A DNA stretch of 64,000 bases. Origin: a virus. Taxonomy: Duplodnaviria > Caudoviricetes. The DNA is taken from the IMG/VR virus record IMGVR_UViG_2687453622_000001, positions 1-64,000 of that record. One strand, given 5' to 3'. The notes beneath the pieces were generated by a model. The model was not told the DNA's origin. It ran no database searches and was given only the letters and a program-made list of their open reading frames with translations. Position 1 is the stretch's first letter, and every line of letters starts with the position of its first letter. A program made the translations under genes and the position numbers. This document shows positions 29,982 to 40,049 of this stretch, piece by piece.

Positions 29982-30311
29982 TTACCGGTGCGCCGCCACG
30001 TATTCGGGTCCGTGGTAGTGCGATTGGCATGCGTACTCGTCCCTCACCGGCGTGGCGAGGATCCCGTCCACGTCCAAAACGACGGTCTCCCGGTCGGTCC
30101 GGGCGAGGTATTCGCGCAGCCGGTCGCCCGCGTTGAGACTGTCCGCGCACCATGCCGGATCGTTTGTCAGCTCTTGGATGCGCCGGATGCCGGCCGGATC
30201 GTTCAACAGGTCGGGATCCCAGCCTGCATGCTCGCAGATCACGTCGATCAGCGGATCGAACCGGCCGATGATCCGTGTCCGGCCGGGCGTCGTGATTACC
30301 GTGTTCCTCAT
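29982..30311 (-). CDS. hypothetical protein
   Basis: 109-aa operon member. Confidence 0.55.
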   Translation of the reverse strand: MRNTVITTPGRTRIIGRFDPLIDVICEHAGWDPDLLNDPAGIRRIQELTNDPAWCADSLNAGDRLREYLARTDRETVVLDVDGILATPVRDEYACQSHYHGPEYVAAHR

Positions 30312-30314
30312 CGT

Positions 30315-30581
30315 TCAGACCTTCTTTTCTTCGATGTCCTTGAACATGTCCAACGTGCGATCGATTTCGTCTTTGTCCGTGCCGATGACGACGATGTCAC
30401 CGCCTTTTTTAAGGTGTCGCACGTTGATCGTCTCGCGCTCCTTCTCGTAGGGGTCGGTGAGCGTTGTCGCCTTGAGCCCGATTTCGTAGTCGTCGTTGAT
30501 GCGGTACACCGGCAAATCACCATGCCGGCCGCGGATGGTTTCGAGCTTCTCGATGAGTTCGGTGATGGTCAACGTGTCCAT
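30315..30581 (-). CDS. hypothetical protein
   Basis: LTITELIEKLE..HGDLPV; RBS GAAAGG. Confidence 0.65.
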   Translation of the reverse strand: MDTLTITELIEKLETIRGRHGDLPVYRINDDYEIGLKATTLTDPYEKERETINVRHLKKGGDIVVIGTDKDEIDRTLDMFKDIEEKKV

Positions 30582-30596
30582 GGTCGGATGCCTTTC

Positions 30597-30875
30597 TCAT
30601 ATTTGCGCGTTCGCGATGATGCCGCGGACGTGCAGGCGGGCGGTCTTCCCGTCCACGTAGGCGAAGGGCACCATGCCGTTAATGCCCGGATGATCCTCGT
30701 GCGAGGATCCGAACGCGACGTACGGGAAACCGGCGAGCATGACGGGCGCGAGCTCCATCGAACCATACCGACCTTCGATGGCGAACCGTCCGGTCTGCGG
30801 GGAGTAGGACCATTCCACGTGATCCGATGATTCGAGTTCCGACGTGATGATATGGGTGATTTCGTCGAGCGTCAT
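30597..30875 (-). CDS. hypothetical protein
   Basis: RBS GAAGGA; preceded by the GGGGACGCATGC motif. Confidence 0.6.
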   Translation of the reverse strand: MTLDEITHIITSELESSDHVEWSYSPQTGRFAIEGRYGSMELAPVMLAGFPYVAFGSSHEDHPGINGMVPFAYVDGKTARLHVRGIIANAQI

Positions 30876-30912
30876 GGCCGGTTCCTTCCCGTCGTGTTTT
30901 TTCAATCGCCCC

Positions 30913-30992
30913 CACGCATGCGTCCCCGTTTCACAGGCCCTTCGCTGTGAGGATCGAATCGGCTTCGCCGGTGAAATCGTGTCGGCGGCGCA
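30913..30992. repeat. about 80-bp direct repeat, copy 2
   Basis: See 27654-27731. Confidence 0.85.
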
Positions 30993-31419
30993 ACCGGTTC
31001 GCGGCCTGCCGCGCATTCCATACGGTCGAGTCGATGCCCCGCGCGAACCCGGCCATGAGATCCGGGGCGATGTGATGCGCGTAGCGGAGCGCCGTATACG
31101 CGTCGGCCGCCCGGACGAGCGCGCGCTCGCCGCCCGGATGCTTTCCGCATGCGATGTCCCATGTGCCGGGGTCGTCGCACCAGCCGATCAGCCATTCTAT
31201 CTGGCCGGGCGTGCACTCCTGGTTGGCTATCAGCTGGTAGGCGACGTCCGGCGACCATGACGGGTTCGACTCCTCCATGAGCCGGACGAGCACGTCGATC
31301 TGTTCGGGACGCAGTCTCGCGCTCGCGGCCAGATCCGTCATGACGCCGTCCCCGTGCTCGAACAGGGCGAGCAGCTGGGGTCCGTCCAGGGTGGCTATGA
31401 AATCGTCGAATCGTTTCAT
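30931..31419 (-). CDS. hypothetical protein sharing its last 20 aa with the 27670 gene
   Basis: ATG 7 nt after GGGGACGCATAC. Confidence 0.65.
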   Translation of the reverse strand: MKRFDDFIATLDGPQLLALFEHGDGVMTDLAASARLRPEQIDVLVRLMEESNPSWSPDVAYQLIANQECTPGQIEWLIGWCDDPGTWDIACGKHPGGERALVRAADAYTALRYAHHIAPDLMAGFARGIDSTVWNARQAANRLRRRHDFTGEADSILTAKGL

Positions 31420-31456
31420 GCCCTGGGTATGCGTCCCCCTAATCAGGGAAACGGGG

Positions 31457-32800
31457 TCAGCGGCTACGCCAGTATCCACTGACCGGATATCCGCTTCGGA
31501 TATGAGGGCTCACCCAGACGCCGCCCCCGCCGAAGGATGCCGTATTCGCCTTTGGCTTCGGCATCCTTCCGTGCAGTGGCTGGATGTTCTCGTTTGCCTT
31601 CGAAACCGCCTTACGCATGGATTCCCTCAGCGAATCGGGCAAACCGGCCGATGCCTCATCCAGATGGTCGAGAACGGCTCCCGCCATGGTCCGGGCGATA
31701 TGCGCCACACGCTCCCCGTCCAAACCGGCCTCCTCCGCGAAGGCCTCCCAGTCGGATGGGGTGAGCAGTTCCGCGAATTCGACTCCGTTGATGGGCATCG
31801 CCATCTCCTGATCCACATGAGGCCATATTCTGGTGACCGTCATGTCGTACATCGGCGCGAAACGGAACCCGTTTTCGGCAAGAACAATCGAATAGTTCTT
31901 GCCATGGGAGTCCGAATCGCCCGATGAGACGTTGAAGGCAAGCCGGCGAACCCACTCGTATCCGGTTTCATCGCTTGCATCGAAATGATGCAGGAAACGG
32001 ACGCAGCTTGCGGCGTCGATTTCATACTTGGATTCGGGATCCATGCCCATGGCCTGCGCTAGATCCTCGCAATGGATTCGTCTCACGTTGTTTCCATCCA
32101 CGATGCGGTCGAAACGTCGGGTGATGAAGGCCTCCGTCCCATTCGCGGTGAGAACGCCATGCTCGGATACCGGCAATCCGCAAAGAGTCCCGAGCGTCAG
32201 GGTGGCATCCTCCACCCTGTGACTGCCGGGGCAATCCCTCATTTCAGGTTTGATGATATGGGTGGAGGGGATGGACGCGTTGGGCCAGAGCCAGACACCG
32301 GCACGTCGGGCGAGCGTGAACTTGGGCTGGCCTCCGGCGATGGAGAAACGGCATTTCGGCGTATCCCGCTCATAGAACTCATCCTCATCATCCCGTGCGA
32401 ACCAGTTGTATCCGTTCGCACGCACATATCCTATCTGATTGCCGATTTCCTCCTCGTCGAGGGGTTTCGCCTCGATGGGATGATGCGGGAGTTCGGGCTT
32501 GTCCGAGAATACGAGTCCGCCTACTGTATCCGCATCCGCAAGAAGTTTGAACATGTCCGTCGAATCCAGATGGAGTCGCAGCGCCATCCTACGACGGGCG
32601 TTCTCATCGTCGGGAAGCAGGTTTTCGAGAAAGGCCGACGCCGTTTTTCCGGAAGCTTTCCCGGTTCTGGGCAGACTGAGGCTTATCGGCGCGCCTTCCT
32701 TGGAATCATAGTGGAATGAAACACGTCCGCCGGAGGTTCGTATGAATTCCCCCACATGGTTTCCGTCGGCCCAGACATGCAGTCGTTCTCCTCGCATCAT
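31457..32800 (-). CDS. hipA: HipA-family kinase toxin
   Basis: ISLSLP, FLENLLPD, SIAGGQPK, RRFDR, HCEDLAQ, DSHGKNYS, APMYD. Confidence 0.92.
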   Translation of the reverse strand: MMRGERLHVWADGNHVGEFIRTSGGRVSFHYDSKEGAPISLSLPRTGKASGKTASAFLENLLPDDENARRRMALRLHLDSTDMFKLLADADTVGGLVFSDKPELPHHPIEAKPLDEEEIGNQIGYVRANGYNWFARDDEDEFYERDTPKCRFSIAGGQPKFTLARRAGVWLWPNASIPSTHIIKPEMRDCPGSHRVEDATLTLGTLCGLPVSEHGVLTANGTEAFITRRFDRIVDGNNVRRIHCEDLAQAMGMDPESKYEIDAASCVRFLHHFDASDETGYEWVRRLAFNVSSGDSDSHGKNYSIVLAENGFRFAPMYDMTVTRIWPHVDQEMAMPINGVEFAELLTPSDWEAFAEEAGLDGERVAHIARTMAGAVLDHLDEASAGLPDSLRESMRKAVSKANENIQPLHGRMPKPKANTASFGGGGVWVSPHIRSGYPVSGYWRSR

Positions 32801-33099
32801 GCCTCCAGATATTCGGGCGGAACCCTATAGGGTTTGACGCCGAGTGTGGCGAACACACGCAGGGCCGCTTCCAACGGTACGATCCCGCGTTCCGCCATAT
32901 CGGTCACGATGCTTTCGGAGACGCCGCTTCTGTCCGCGATTTCTGACGGGGTTCGGCCGATTTCCGTGATTCGTGCGGAAATAATCTCGCCCGCCTTTTC
33001 CAATGAGGGCATGTCGCGAATGCCGTCATGCGATGGTTCTTCGCTGATGGAGATCTCATCGGTTTTCGACGGCAAGGCGTCGAATTCGCTGTAATCCAT
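32797..33099 (-). CDS. HipB-like HTH antitoxin
   Basis: SEIADRSGVSESIV..ERG HTH; overlaps hipA start. Confidence 0.7.
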   Translation of the reverse strand: MDYSEFDALPSKTDEISISEEPSHDGIRDMPSLEKAGEIISARITEIGRTPSEIADRSGVSESIVTDMAERGIVPLEAALRVFATLGVKPYRVPPEYLEA

Positions 33100-33260
33100 T
33101 TCTCTTCCGCTCCTTTCCGGAAAAAGCATGCGTCCCGAAAACCAGAGGATTGCGAATCAGGCTGCTCGAACCATCATAACGTCGAATGCCTTATTCCGGC
33201 ACGCGCCAGATGACGGCGGCGTGAAGACCGGCTGCCTGGCCGGGTTCCCGTCGAAAGGCA

Positions 33261-36047
33261 TCAGGACGCCTCCCCCGTGAGCCGCGCGTACCCGTCGAAC
33301 AGGACCTTCAGGCGCGCATCGTCATCGTCCTTCAGCCATTTCCCCGCGCCGAACGCCACGTCCGCGATCTTGTCCAGCTCCAGGTGGGCGGCGCGTAGGT
33401 CGGTCGGCATGTAGTCGGGGTCGTACAGGTCTGCCAAAGACTGGCCGGGATGGTTCGCTCGCGCCGCCAGCACGTTCCTGCCGGCCTCGATCAATGCGGC
33501 GCGGGTGTCGTCGTCGAGGGCGGGCAGAGGCAGGTTGTTCCAAACCACCGTGTTGCTGAAACGGTAGTCTGATTTCAGTCGTCCGCCGACCGCCGCCTGC
33601 CAGACAATGAACATACGCGATTCGATGACCGCGAACGCCAGTCCGTCCGGATCGGGGCTGGTATAGCAAAGGTCGCTCACGATTACATTGGGTTCCAACG
33701 ACAGGCAGGTGGCGTACTCACGACGGCCGCTGAATACTTTGGGAAGGCAGAGAAAGCGACCGGTAGGCTGGTGGTTCTCGTCGAACAGCCATGAGGTCGT
33801 GGCCTTCGCACGGGTAGGGGCCTTCTTCGAGGCGAGTCTCATCTCCCTGACGGCATCCACGCGTCGACGAAGGAATGCGGAGTTCCTGATTTCGGCGGGC
33901 TCCACATCGACAAGCCACAGGCACCAGCGTTCGATCCCGTTGATGAGTTCGCGCGACCCTCGGAACGGCCTCACGTATTTTGCCGCGATTGGGTCGGATA
34001 TCGCTTGGTCGTGCTCCTCCCGATTGTCGAGGATGAGGTTGCCGCCGTCCGTGGGCTGGGATCCGCGTCCGGCCGGAGACAGTTCCGAACTGAGCGGTTT
34101 CATTCTTTTCTCCACGAACACGTTCGGATCGTCGAGCAGGTATCCGTTGATGTTGTCCACGGTGCGGGCGGCTGGTTCCCCGTCAATGTCCGTGTATTCG
34201 AACAGGATCGGCGCCGGTTCCGACGTTTTGTCCATGCCGACGATGACGACATGCACGTGCGCGTTGTCGGTGGACTGGGCGTCCCAGGCGAACGTGCGGT
34301 GCGCGAACCGGATGCGCCATCCCTCGTCGAACAGGGGTCGGAACAGGCTGGGCACGGGCTGGCCCTGACTGATGCTGTTCGTGGACACGAACGCGAACGC
34401 CGCCCCCGGTTTGGCCAGGTATTCACTGGCCTTGCGATGCCAGCCTGTCGCGTAGTCGAGATACCCGTCATAGCCTTTGTCCCATATAAGCCTCATGTCC
34501 TCTTTTTGACTGTCGCTCATGAGGTATTGTCCGATGAACGGCGGGTTGCCCATCACATAGTCGCAGTGGTCGCCGGGTAATAGTTCGTTCCAGTCGAGGC
34601 GCAGCGCGTTGCCTTGCCGGATGTGTGCCGTATCGGTGAACGGGAGTCGGGGCAGGCCGCTGATGGTCGACTCGGTGTCGTCCAACGCCTGCTGTTCCGC
34701 GATCCAGAGCGCGGTTCTTGCTACGGCGCATGCGAATCCGTTGATTTCGATGCCATGGAAGTGGCTGATGCTGACTTTGACCGGGTTGATGTCGTCGCCG
34801 AGGTCGAGTGCGAGTTGTCCGTCCTTGTCCAAATCGGCGAGGATCCGATTCTCGATGCGGCGCAATTCCAGATACGTTTCGGTCAGGAAGTTGCCGGAAC
34901 CGCAGGCGGGGTCGAGGAACCGGAGGTCGGCTATCTTGTCGTGGAGTTTGTTGAGCGCGTTGGTGCGGGAACCGCCTGCGACCGGCCTGGCCTCCGCCCC
35001 CTCGAGTTCGGCTTTCAAACCGTCGAGGAACAACGGGTCGATGAGCCTGTGGATGTTCTTGACGGACGTGTAGTGCATGCCTCCCTTGCGCCGTTCGTCA
35101 TGGCTGAGGGTTTCCTCCATGAGGGAACCGAAGATGACGGGGCTGACGCCGCTCCAGTCGAAGCCTTCGCTGATTTCCAGCAGAGCGTCACGCAGTTCCT
35201 CGGTTAAAGGTGGTACGTCGATTTGGTCGGCGAACAGGCCACCATCCACGTAGGGGAACGCTTTCAACGGTTCCGGCAGGTAACGACGCCGCTTCTCGAT
35301 TGGTGTGTCCAACGCTTCGAACAGGTCGTACAGGTCTTCGCCCAGACGTTCGGGCGTGGATGCCGCCACATAGTCGCGGAGCGCGTCCGGTTTGAACAGG
35401 TTCGCGTCCTCCGCATACAGACAGAACACGAGGCGCACGGTCAGCATCGCCAGCGCGTCATGTTCAGACGGGTCATCGGGATGTTCGAAGCATTTCGCCA
35501 GGGAATCATGCAGTCTGGCGACCCGTTGGCCTGCTTTGACGGACAGTTTCTCCTGTTGGACGACACGGGAGTTCTCGTGCGCGAACAGACGGCCAATCTC
35601 GTTGATATGCTCCGGCAGTTCCGCAAGCGTGAACTCCGATTGCGGCGTACGGGCCAAAGGGTCGGCTTCCAGATCGTAGAGGCGGAACAATCCGAAATTG
35701 CAGGTGATGAGCACGGACGGGTGTTCCGATGGCGGCAGGCTGTCGGAATACCGTTTCGCCTGTTCCACCGGGGTGACCATGGTTCCCTGACGTGGTTCCG
35801 GCTTGTCCAAATCCACGCCGAGGCTCTTCTGCTCGACGAGCACACGGGCCTGGATCATGAGCGCGTCGATGAACCCGTCCAATGCGGTGCGCCGTTCGAA
35901 CCAGAGCGTCTGCCTGTCGCTCGTGTTCGGGATGAGCAGCACCTTGTCCAACAGGTCACGCCAGTACTGTTGGGTCTCGGATTTCTCGTCGCCGCGTCCC
36001 GCCCATGATTCGGCGAACTTGGCCGCCCTGCTCTTCAGATCATCCAT
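33261..36047 (-). CDS. type IIL (MmeI-like) restriction-modification enzyme
   Basis: EKSETQQYW, IDAL..LVEQKS nuclease motif, GMHYTS, FLDPACGSGNFL, GNPPF, GGRLKSDYRFS, LADLYDP. Confidence 0.9.
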   Translation of the reverse strand: MDDLKSRAAKFAESWAGRGDEKSETQQYWRDLLDKVLLIPNTSDRQTLWFERRTALDGFIDALMIQARVLVEQKSLGVDLDKPEPRQGTMVTPVEQAKRYSDSLPPSEHPSVLITCNFGLFRLYDLEADPLARTPQSEFTLAELPEHINEIGRLFAHENSRVVQQEKLSVKAGQRVARLHDSLAKCFEHPDDPSEHDALAMLTVRLVFCLYAEDANLFKPDALRDYVAASTPERLGEDLYDLFEALDTPIEKRRRYLPEPLKAFPYVDGGLFADQIDVPPLTEELRDALLEISEGFDWSGVSPVIFGSLMEETLSHDERRKGGMHYTSVKNIHRLIDPLFLDGLKAELEGAEARPVAGGSRTNALNKLHDKIADLRFLDPACGSGNFLTETYLELRRIENRILADLDKDGQLALDLGDDINPVKVSISHFHGIEINGFACAVARTALWIAEQQALDDTESTISGLPRLPFTDTAHIRQGNALRLDWNELLPGDHCDYVMGNPPFIGQYLMSDSQKEDMRLIWDKGYDGYLDYATGWHRKASEYLAKPGAAFAFVSTNSISQGQPVPSLFRPLFDEGWRIRFAHRTFAWDAQSTDNAHVHVVIVGMDKTSEPAPILFEYTDIDGEPAARTVDNINGYLLDDPNVFVEKRMKPLSSELSPAGRGSQPTDGGNLILDNREEHDQAISDPIAAKYVRPFRGSRELINGIERWCLWLVDVEPAEIRNSAFLRRRVDAVREMRLASKKAPTRAKATTSWLFDENHQPTGRFLCLPKVFSGRREYATCLSLEPNVIVSDLCYTSPDPDGLAFAVIESRMFIVWQAAVGGRLKSDYRFSNTVVWNNLPLPALDDDTRAALIEAGRNVLAARANHPGQSLADLYDPDYMPTDLRAAHLELDKIADVAFGAGKWLKDDDDARLKVLFDGYARLTGEAS

Positions 36048-36501
36048 GATTCCCAATGGTATCCGGTTTCCCGCATGCCGGTCGGATATCGACCACATCA
36101 TGCGGCGCGATCGTCCATAGGCAGGCTTGGATCCACCGGTCCGGCAGCCGTTCCGGATCCGCGATCGCGTTCCGCCGGTACTGGAGCCGTTTCTTTTCGG
36201 GCGGATCGTCCCAATGCCCGTCCAGCCACCGGTCGTACTCCTCAGGCGGCCATGCGCCGGCATCCAACGGGGCGCACGGCCAATTGTTGATGACGCAATG
36301 GTATTGGTCGAAATCCGTGCAAAGCACCCGGTTCTCATCGACCTGCAGATGCAGGAGATCCAACCCGTCGTACTGGTTGCGGAAGCCGGGATACCGTCGG
36401 TCGGGACGCGTATGCGCCCGGCCCTTCGAATCGACCCAGCGGGCCCACGCCCACAATGGGGCCGCGTCCGGGTCCGGTCGCGGCATGCCCTTGTGTTCCA
36501 T

Positions 36502-37893
36502 GATTTTTTAGGCAGGGTACCACGACCCTTGTGGTCGTGGGTGAATGCCTTTCCTTTCCACTAACATTATGATATAATGTTTTTTATTGGAGGTGAAGCA
36601 TATGGTGGAACTCGCGTTGACCATGAAAGTCAAGCTCACGACCAACAAACACGAGTCCGAAGCCCTCAACCGCCTATGCGACAATTACACCTCCTGCTGC
36701 AACGAAGTATCCGATTGGATTGGAGAACACCACACCCTCAGCCAGAGGAAAATCAACGAGGCTGTCTATCACCCGCTACGCGACAAATACGGACTGTTGG
36801 CCCAGATGACCCAATCTTCGATACGGCGGGTCATCGCGTCCTACAAGGCAATTCACTCGCGCATGGAACGCCGGAACGGAGAAAACCCCAAGAGGAAGAG
36901 GACGGCATACTATTCCACCAGACCAAAGTACTCGTCCGCCGGTGTTGACCTGCTGTGGAACCGCGACTACTCCTATTCGCCCATGACGGGAATGTTCAGC
37001 CTTCCCGTCATGGACGGGAGAATCAAAGTGAAAGCCCAATGGAAGGGAATACCGGACGAATACCGTACGGCACGTTTCGGTACCGCCCGTCTCGTATCCA
37101 AGCGTGGCAAATGGTACCTGAATATCCCCATCGCCTTGCAGGTGCCGGACCCTACTTCAAGCCCGAAGACCATCGTAGGCGTGGATTTGGGCATCCGAAT
37201 GCTCGCCACCAGTTATGACGGCGAAACCACCGTCTTCCAACATGGAGGGGAGGTGAAAAGCAAGCGCGGCAAATACAAGCGGCTCCGTCAACAGTTGCAG
37301 AAACGCGGCACCCGAAGCGCTCGCAGACGACTCAAGACCATAGGCGACAGAGAAAACCGTTGGATGACTGATGTGAACCATCAGGCGTCTAAGGCACTCG
37401 TCAACCATTACGACAGGGATACGATGTTCGTTCTCGAAGACCTTACGGGAATCCGCAATGCGACCGAACAGGTCAGGGTCAAGGACAGGTATGTTCAGGT
37501 CAGTTGGAGTTTCCACCAATTCCGGCAGATGGTCGAATACAAGGCGAAACGCAACGGTCAGAAAGTCGTGTTCGTTGACCCGGCCTACACAAGCCAGACC
37601 TGCCCGAAATGCGGGAAAATCCGCAAAGCCAACCGTGACAAGAAACGCCACCTGTATGTCTGCCGCAACTGCGGATACCGGTCCAACGACGACCGGATAG
37701 CCGCTATGAACCTGCGACACAAAGGCTACGACCTTTTGAACTCGCAGTACGCCGCCAGCATGACTGACGGCGTAAGGGTGCAGTCAACCACCCTATGATG
37801 TTCCGTCAATTAAAGGTAGGAGAACGGTTACAGCCGTTCACTGGCACTACCGGACAGGGACAAGCCGCAATGCTCGTCATTGCGGTCGTTGAC
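36502..37893 (+). mobile_element. IS200/IS605-family tnpB-only element (IS1341-like)
   Basis: Left hairpin CCACGAC-CCTTGTG-GTCGTGG, right hairpin CCGCAATG-CTCGT-CATTGCGG then TCGTTGAC; inserted 3' of CCAT; no duplication. Confidence 0.85.
36602..37798 (+). CDS. tnpB: RNA-guided endonuclease TnpB
   Basis: RuvC GVDLG, LEDL, NDDRIAAMNL; TSQTCPKCG..CRNCG. Confidence 0.92.
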   Translation: MVELALTMKVKLTTNKHESEALNRLCDNYTSCCNEVSDWIGEHHTLSQRKINEAVYHPLRDKYGLLAQMTQSSIRRVIASYKAIHSRMERRNGENPKRKRTAYYSTRPKYSSAGVDLLWNRDYSYSPMTGMFSLPVMDGRIKVKAQWKGIPDEYRTARFGTARLVSKRGKWYLNIPIALQVPDPTSSPKTIVGVDLGIRMLATSYDGETTVFQHGGEVKSKRGKYKRLRQQLQKRGTRSARRRLKTIGDRENRWMTDVNHQASKALVNHYDRDTMFVLEDLTGIRNATEQVRVKDRYVQVSWSFHQFRQMVEYKAKRNGQKVVFVDPAYTSQTCPKCGKIRKANRDKKRHLYVCRNCGYRSNDDRIAAMNLRHKGYDLLNSQYAASMTDGVRVQSTTL

Positions 37894-38061
37894 TTCGCCC
37901 ATCATCCACCGGTAGGCGGGTGAAATCGCGTTCCACCAGTCCGCGTCGTCGGCGATGGCCTGCCGGCGTGCGGCCGACCATGAGGGCGTGTACGAGCCGG
38001 AATGCCCGAACGACTTCACGATGTCAGGCCACCGTTGGAACGAATACAGGTCGATCATGCG

Positions 38062-38691
38062 TCAGAACCCCCAATGGCCCTCGTGCCCGTCGCCGGCCGT
38101 CTCGAACCGTACGACGGGGCCGGCGGGCGGGTCGTGGATGAAATCCTCGATGAGGTCCATCTGGGGACGGCTGACCCCGATCGCGGAATCCGGACCGACG
38201 CCAAGCACGGGAGCCTCGTGCGGCGTGGTCTGGATGGCGAGCCCCGCATTGTAGGTGGTCTCCTCGTCGTCCAGCCACACGATCGGCCGGTCCTGTTTCA
38301 GCGCGTCGAGGATGGTGCGGCGTTTGCCGGTCGGGATCCCGTCGCGGGTGATGGGATCGTACCATTGGACGGTCGGCCAGTCGACGCCCAACGCCCGGTT
38401 CAATCGCCCGGTTTCCGGCTGCCAGGTGGTCAGCCACCATTTGTCCGCATCCAGGGCGTCCAATCGGGCCACGAGCTCCGCGTTCCACCGGATGACGAAC
38501 CGGCGTCCCAGGTCGCGGACCAGGAGCCGCTCCCTACGGTCCGGCCTGAACCAGTTGTCCGGCGCGTACGCGGCGCGGTGCGGATCGTCGGGTCTCATCC
38601 AACCGGTTCTCCCCTGCCGGCGCATGACCTTGTCGTCGGGGAACTGGTTGATCACCCCATCGAAATCGATGAACAGCAACGGCCGACCCAT
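38062..38691 (-). CDS. HAD phosphatase (Swiss-army-knife RNA-repair type)
   Basis: LLFIDFDGVIN, WLTTW, IVWLDDE. Confidence 0.75.
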   Translation of the reverse strand: MGRPLLFIDFDGVINQFPDDKVMRRQGRTGWMRPDDPHRAAYAPDNWFRPDRRERLLVRDLGRRFVIRWNAELVARLDALDADKWWLTTWQPETGRLNRALGVDWPTVQWYDPITRDGIPTGKRRTILDALKQDRPIVWLDDEETTYNAGLAIQTTPHEAPVLGVGPDSAIGVSRPQMDLIEDFIHDPPAGPVVRFETAGDGHEGHWGF

Positions 38692-38877
38692 TCGTGTCCC
38701 TCCTTTCACCGTGCCGGACGGTTCGGATTCGACGGCGTACAGCCGTTGACGGATGGAATCAAGCTGATTCCCATGGTAGGTCCATGCGGCCCGGACGGGC
38801 GGGAATTCGGGCCGCATGGACCTTTGTTGCGGCTTCCGTCAACAAACCGGCTGTTCCGGCGTCACCGGATTCGACGA

Positions 38878-39459
38878 TCAGAACACGAAGAACGGTTCGC
38901 CGATTTGTTCCATATAGCTTCTGGCGTTCCTCAACGGCATGAACATGGTCTTCGCGTCGGGTAGCCGCAGGAACCCATGGTCTTCATACCATTTGCCCAA
39001 CGTGTCGTTCAGAGGGTCGAGCATGACCAGTCTGCCTCCGGTCATCACGCTCAGATCGCATGCCATGTGGACCGCATGACACAGCAAGGCCGCGCCGACA
39101 CTCCCGTTTTCCTTTTTTCCTCTGAGGTCCTTGCGGACGGCGAGCTCGCCTATCAGCCATGAGGGATGCGCCATGGTGGGTTTGCCCGCCTGACGGCTTT
39201 TCGGCAGACCGACGCCTCGGATTACGGACGGCGAAATCGTGTAGAATCCGGCGATGTCCTCACCTTTCATGGCGACATGCACGGCGCACATGCCTATCTT
39301 CGAATAGGTCAGGCTCTTGTCCAGCCAGAAGTGATCCAATTCTGGGTTGCCGCTGGCGAATCCCTCGATGGCGTCCTGGGTCAGATTCGTCTGGGGGATG
39401 ATGCGATCCCATGCCACGCGCATGCTGCCGGGACGCATCAGAGCTGGGAGGTCAGCCAC
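38878..39459 (-). CDS. GNAT acetyltransferase, toxin-like
   Basis: FASGNPELD, AGFYTI, LIGELAVRKDLRG, WYEDHGF. Confidence 0.8.
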   Translation of the reverse strand: MADLPALMRPGSMRVAWDRIIPQTNLTQDAIEGFASGNPELDHFWLDKSLTYSKIGMCAVHVAMKGEDIAGFYTISPSVIRGVGLPKSRQAGKPTMAHPSWLIGELAVRKDLRGKKENGSVGAALLCHAVHMACDLSVMTGGRLVMLDPLNDTLGKWYEDHGFLRLPDAKTMFMPLRNARSYMEQIGEPFFVF

Positions 39460-39974
39460 TCGAAGTCCTTTTCGTTAATGTCCACGACCGGGCGGACCGT
39501 GAAATGAGGCACATGATGGTTACGACGCGTCGTTTCGTCCGAGTTCATCAACCGCGAATAGTAGTCGTGCATGCTTTCGTCGCTGATCGTCGCCGCCTTG
39601 AGCCCGTTGTTCCCGTTGTAGGCGTCCTTCCAAGGTTCCTCGGCGTGGGTGAGATCCCGAAGATCGTCCCCGCCCATTCTCCCGTATGACGAGAGCACCC
39701 CATCGAGCAGGGGCATGTAATCGGCCGGCACCTTGTCACGGTCGCCGTGGATGTCGTCGGCGATGACGCTGTACTGGTGCGCGTGCCGCTTGTACACGTC
39801 GTACACGACCGGACCGTCGCCCCAGGCGGCGATCGGCTCGCCGAACACCGGGGCGTTGCCCCATACCAGACTCCATGCCTTGCAGTAATAGAGAAGTTTC
39901 TGCAATTGGAAGGCTGTCAGACGTCCTTTCTCCTGAAGGATGTAGTCCGCCACATCCAACGCTCCGCACATCAT
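39438..39974 (-). CDS. Panacea/SocA (DUF4065) antitoxin
   Basis: LQKLLYY, AWGDGPV, LTHAEEPW; TATAAT on the reverse strand near 40024. Confidence 0.88.
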   Translation of the reverse strand: MMCGALDVADYILQEKGRLTAFQLQKLLYYCKAWSLVWGNAPVFGEPIAAWGDGPVVYDVYKRHAHQYSVIADDIHGDRDKVPADYMPLLDGVLSSYGRMGGDDLRDLTHAEEPWKDAYNGNNGLKAATISDESMHDYYSRLMNSDETTRRNHHVPHFTVRPVVDINEKDFEWLTSQL

Positions 39975-40049
39975 CGGCCTCCTTTCGCCTGCATCGCAAC
40001 ACGGTAAACCCGTCTATCTAACATTATAGTGCGGACACGGCTCTTCACG

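Larger units (their letters stand above)
36040..38058 (-). pseudogene. DUF3841-like gene split by a tnpB element (pieces 37894-38058 and 36040-36501)
   Basis: Removing 36502-37893 restores PAYRWMMGE-MEHKGMP..PLWAW in frame. Confidence 0.8.

Noticed and set aside
36602-37798. Cas12-type CRISPR effector
   Set aside because: No array or cas1/cas2; IS ends and size indicate TnpB (same for 54484-55770)
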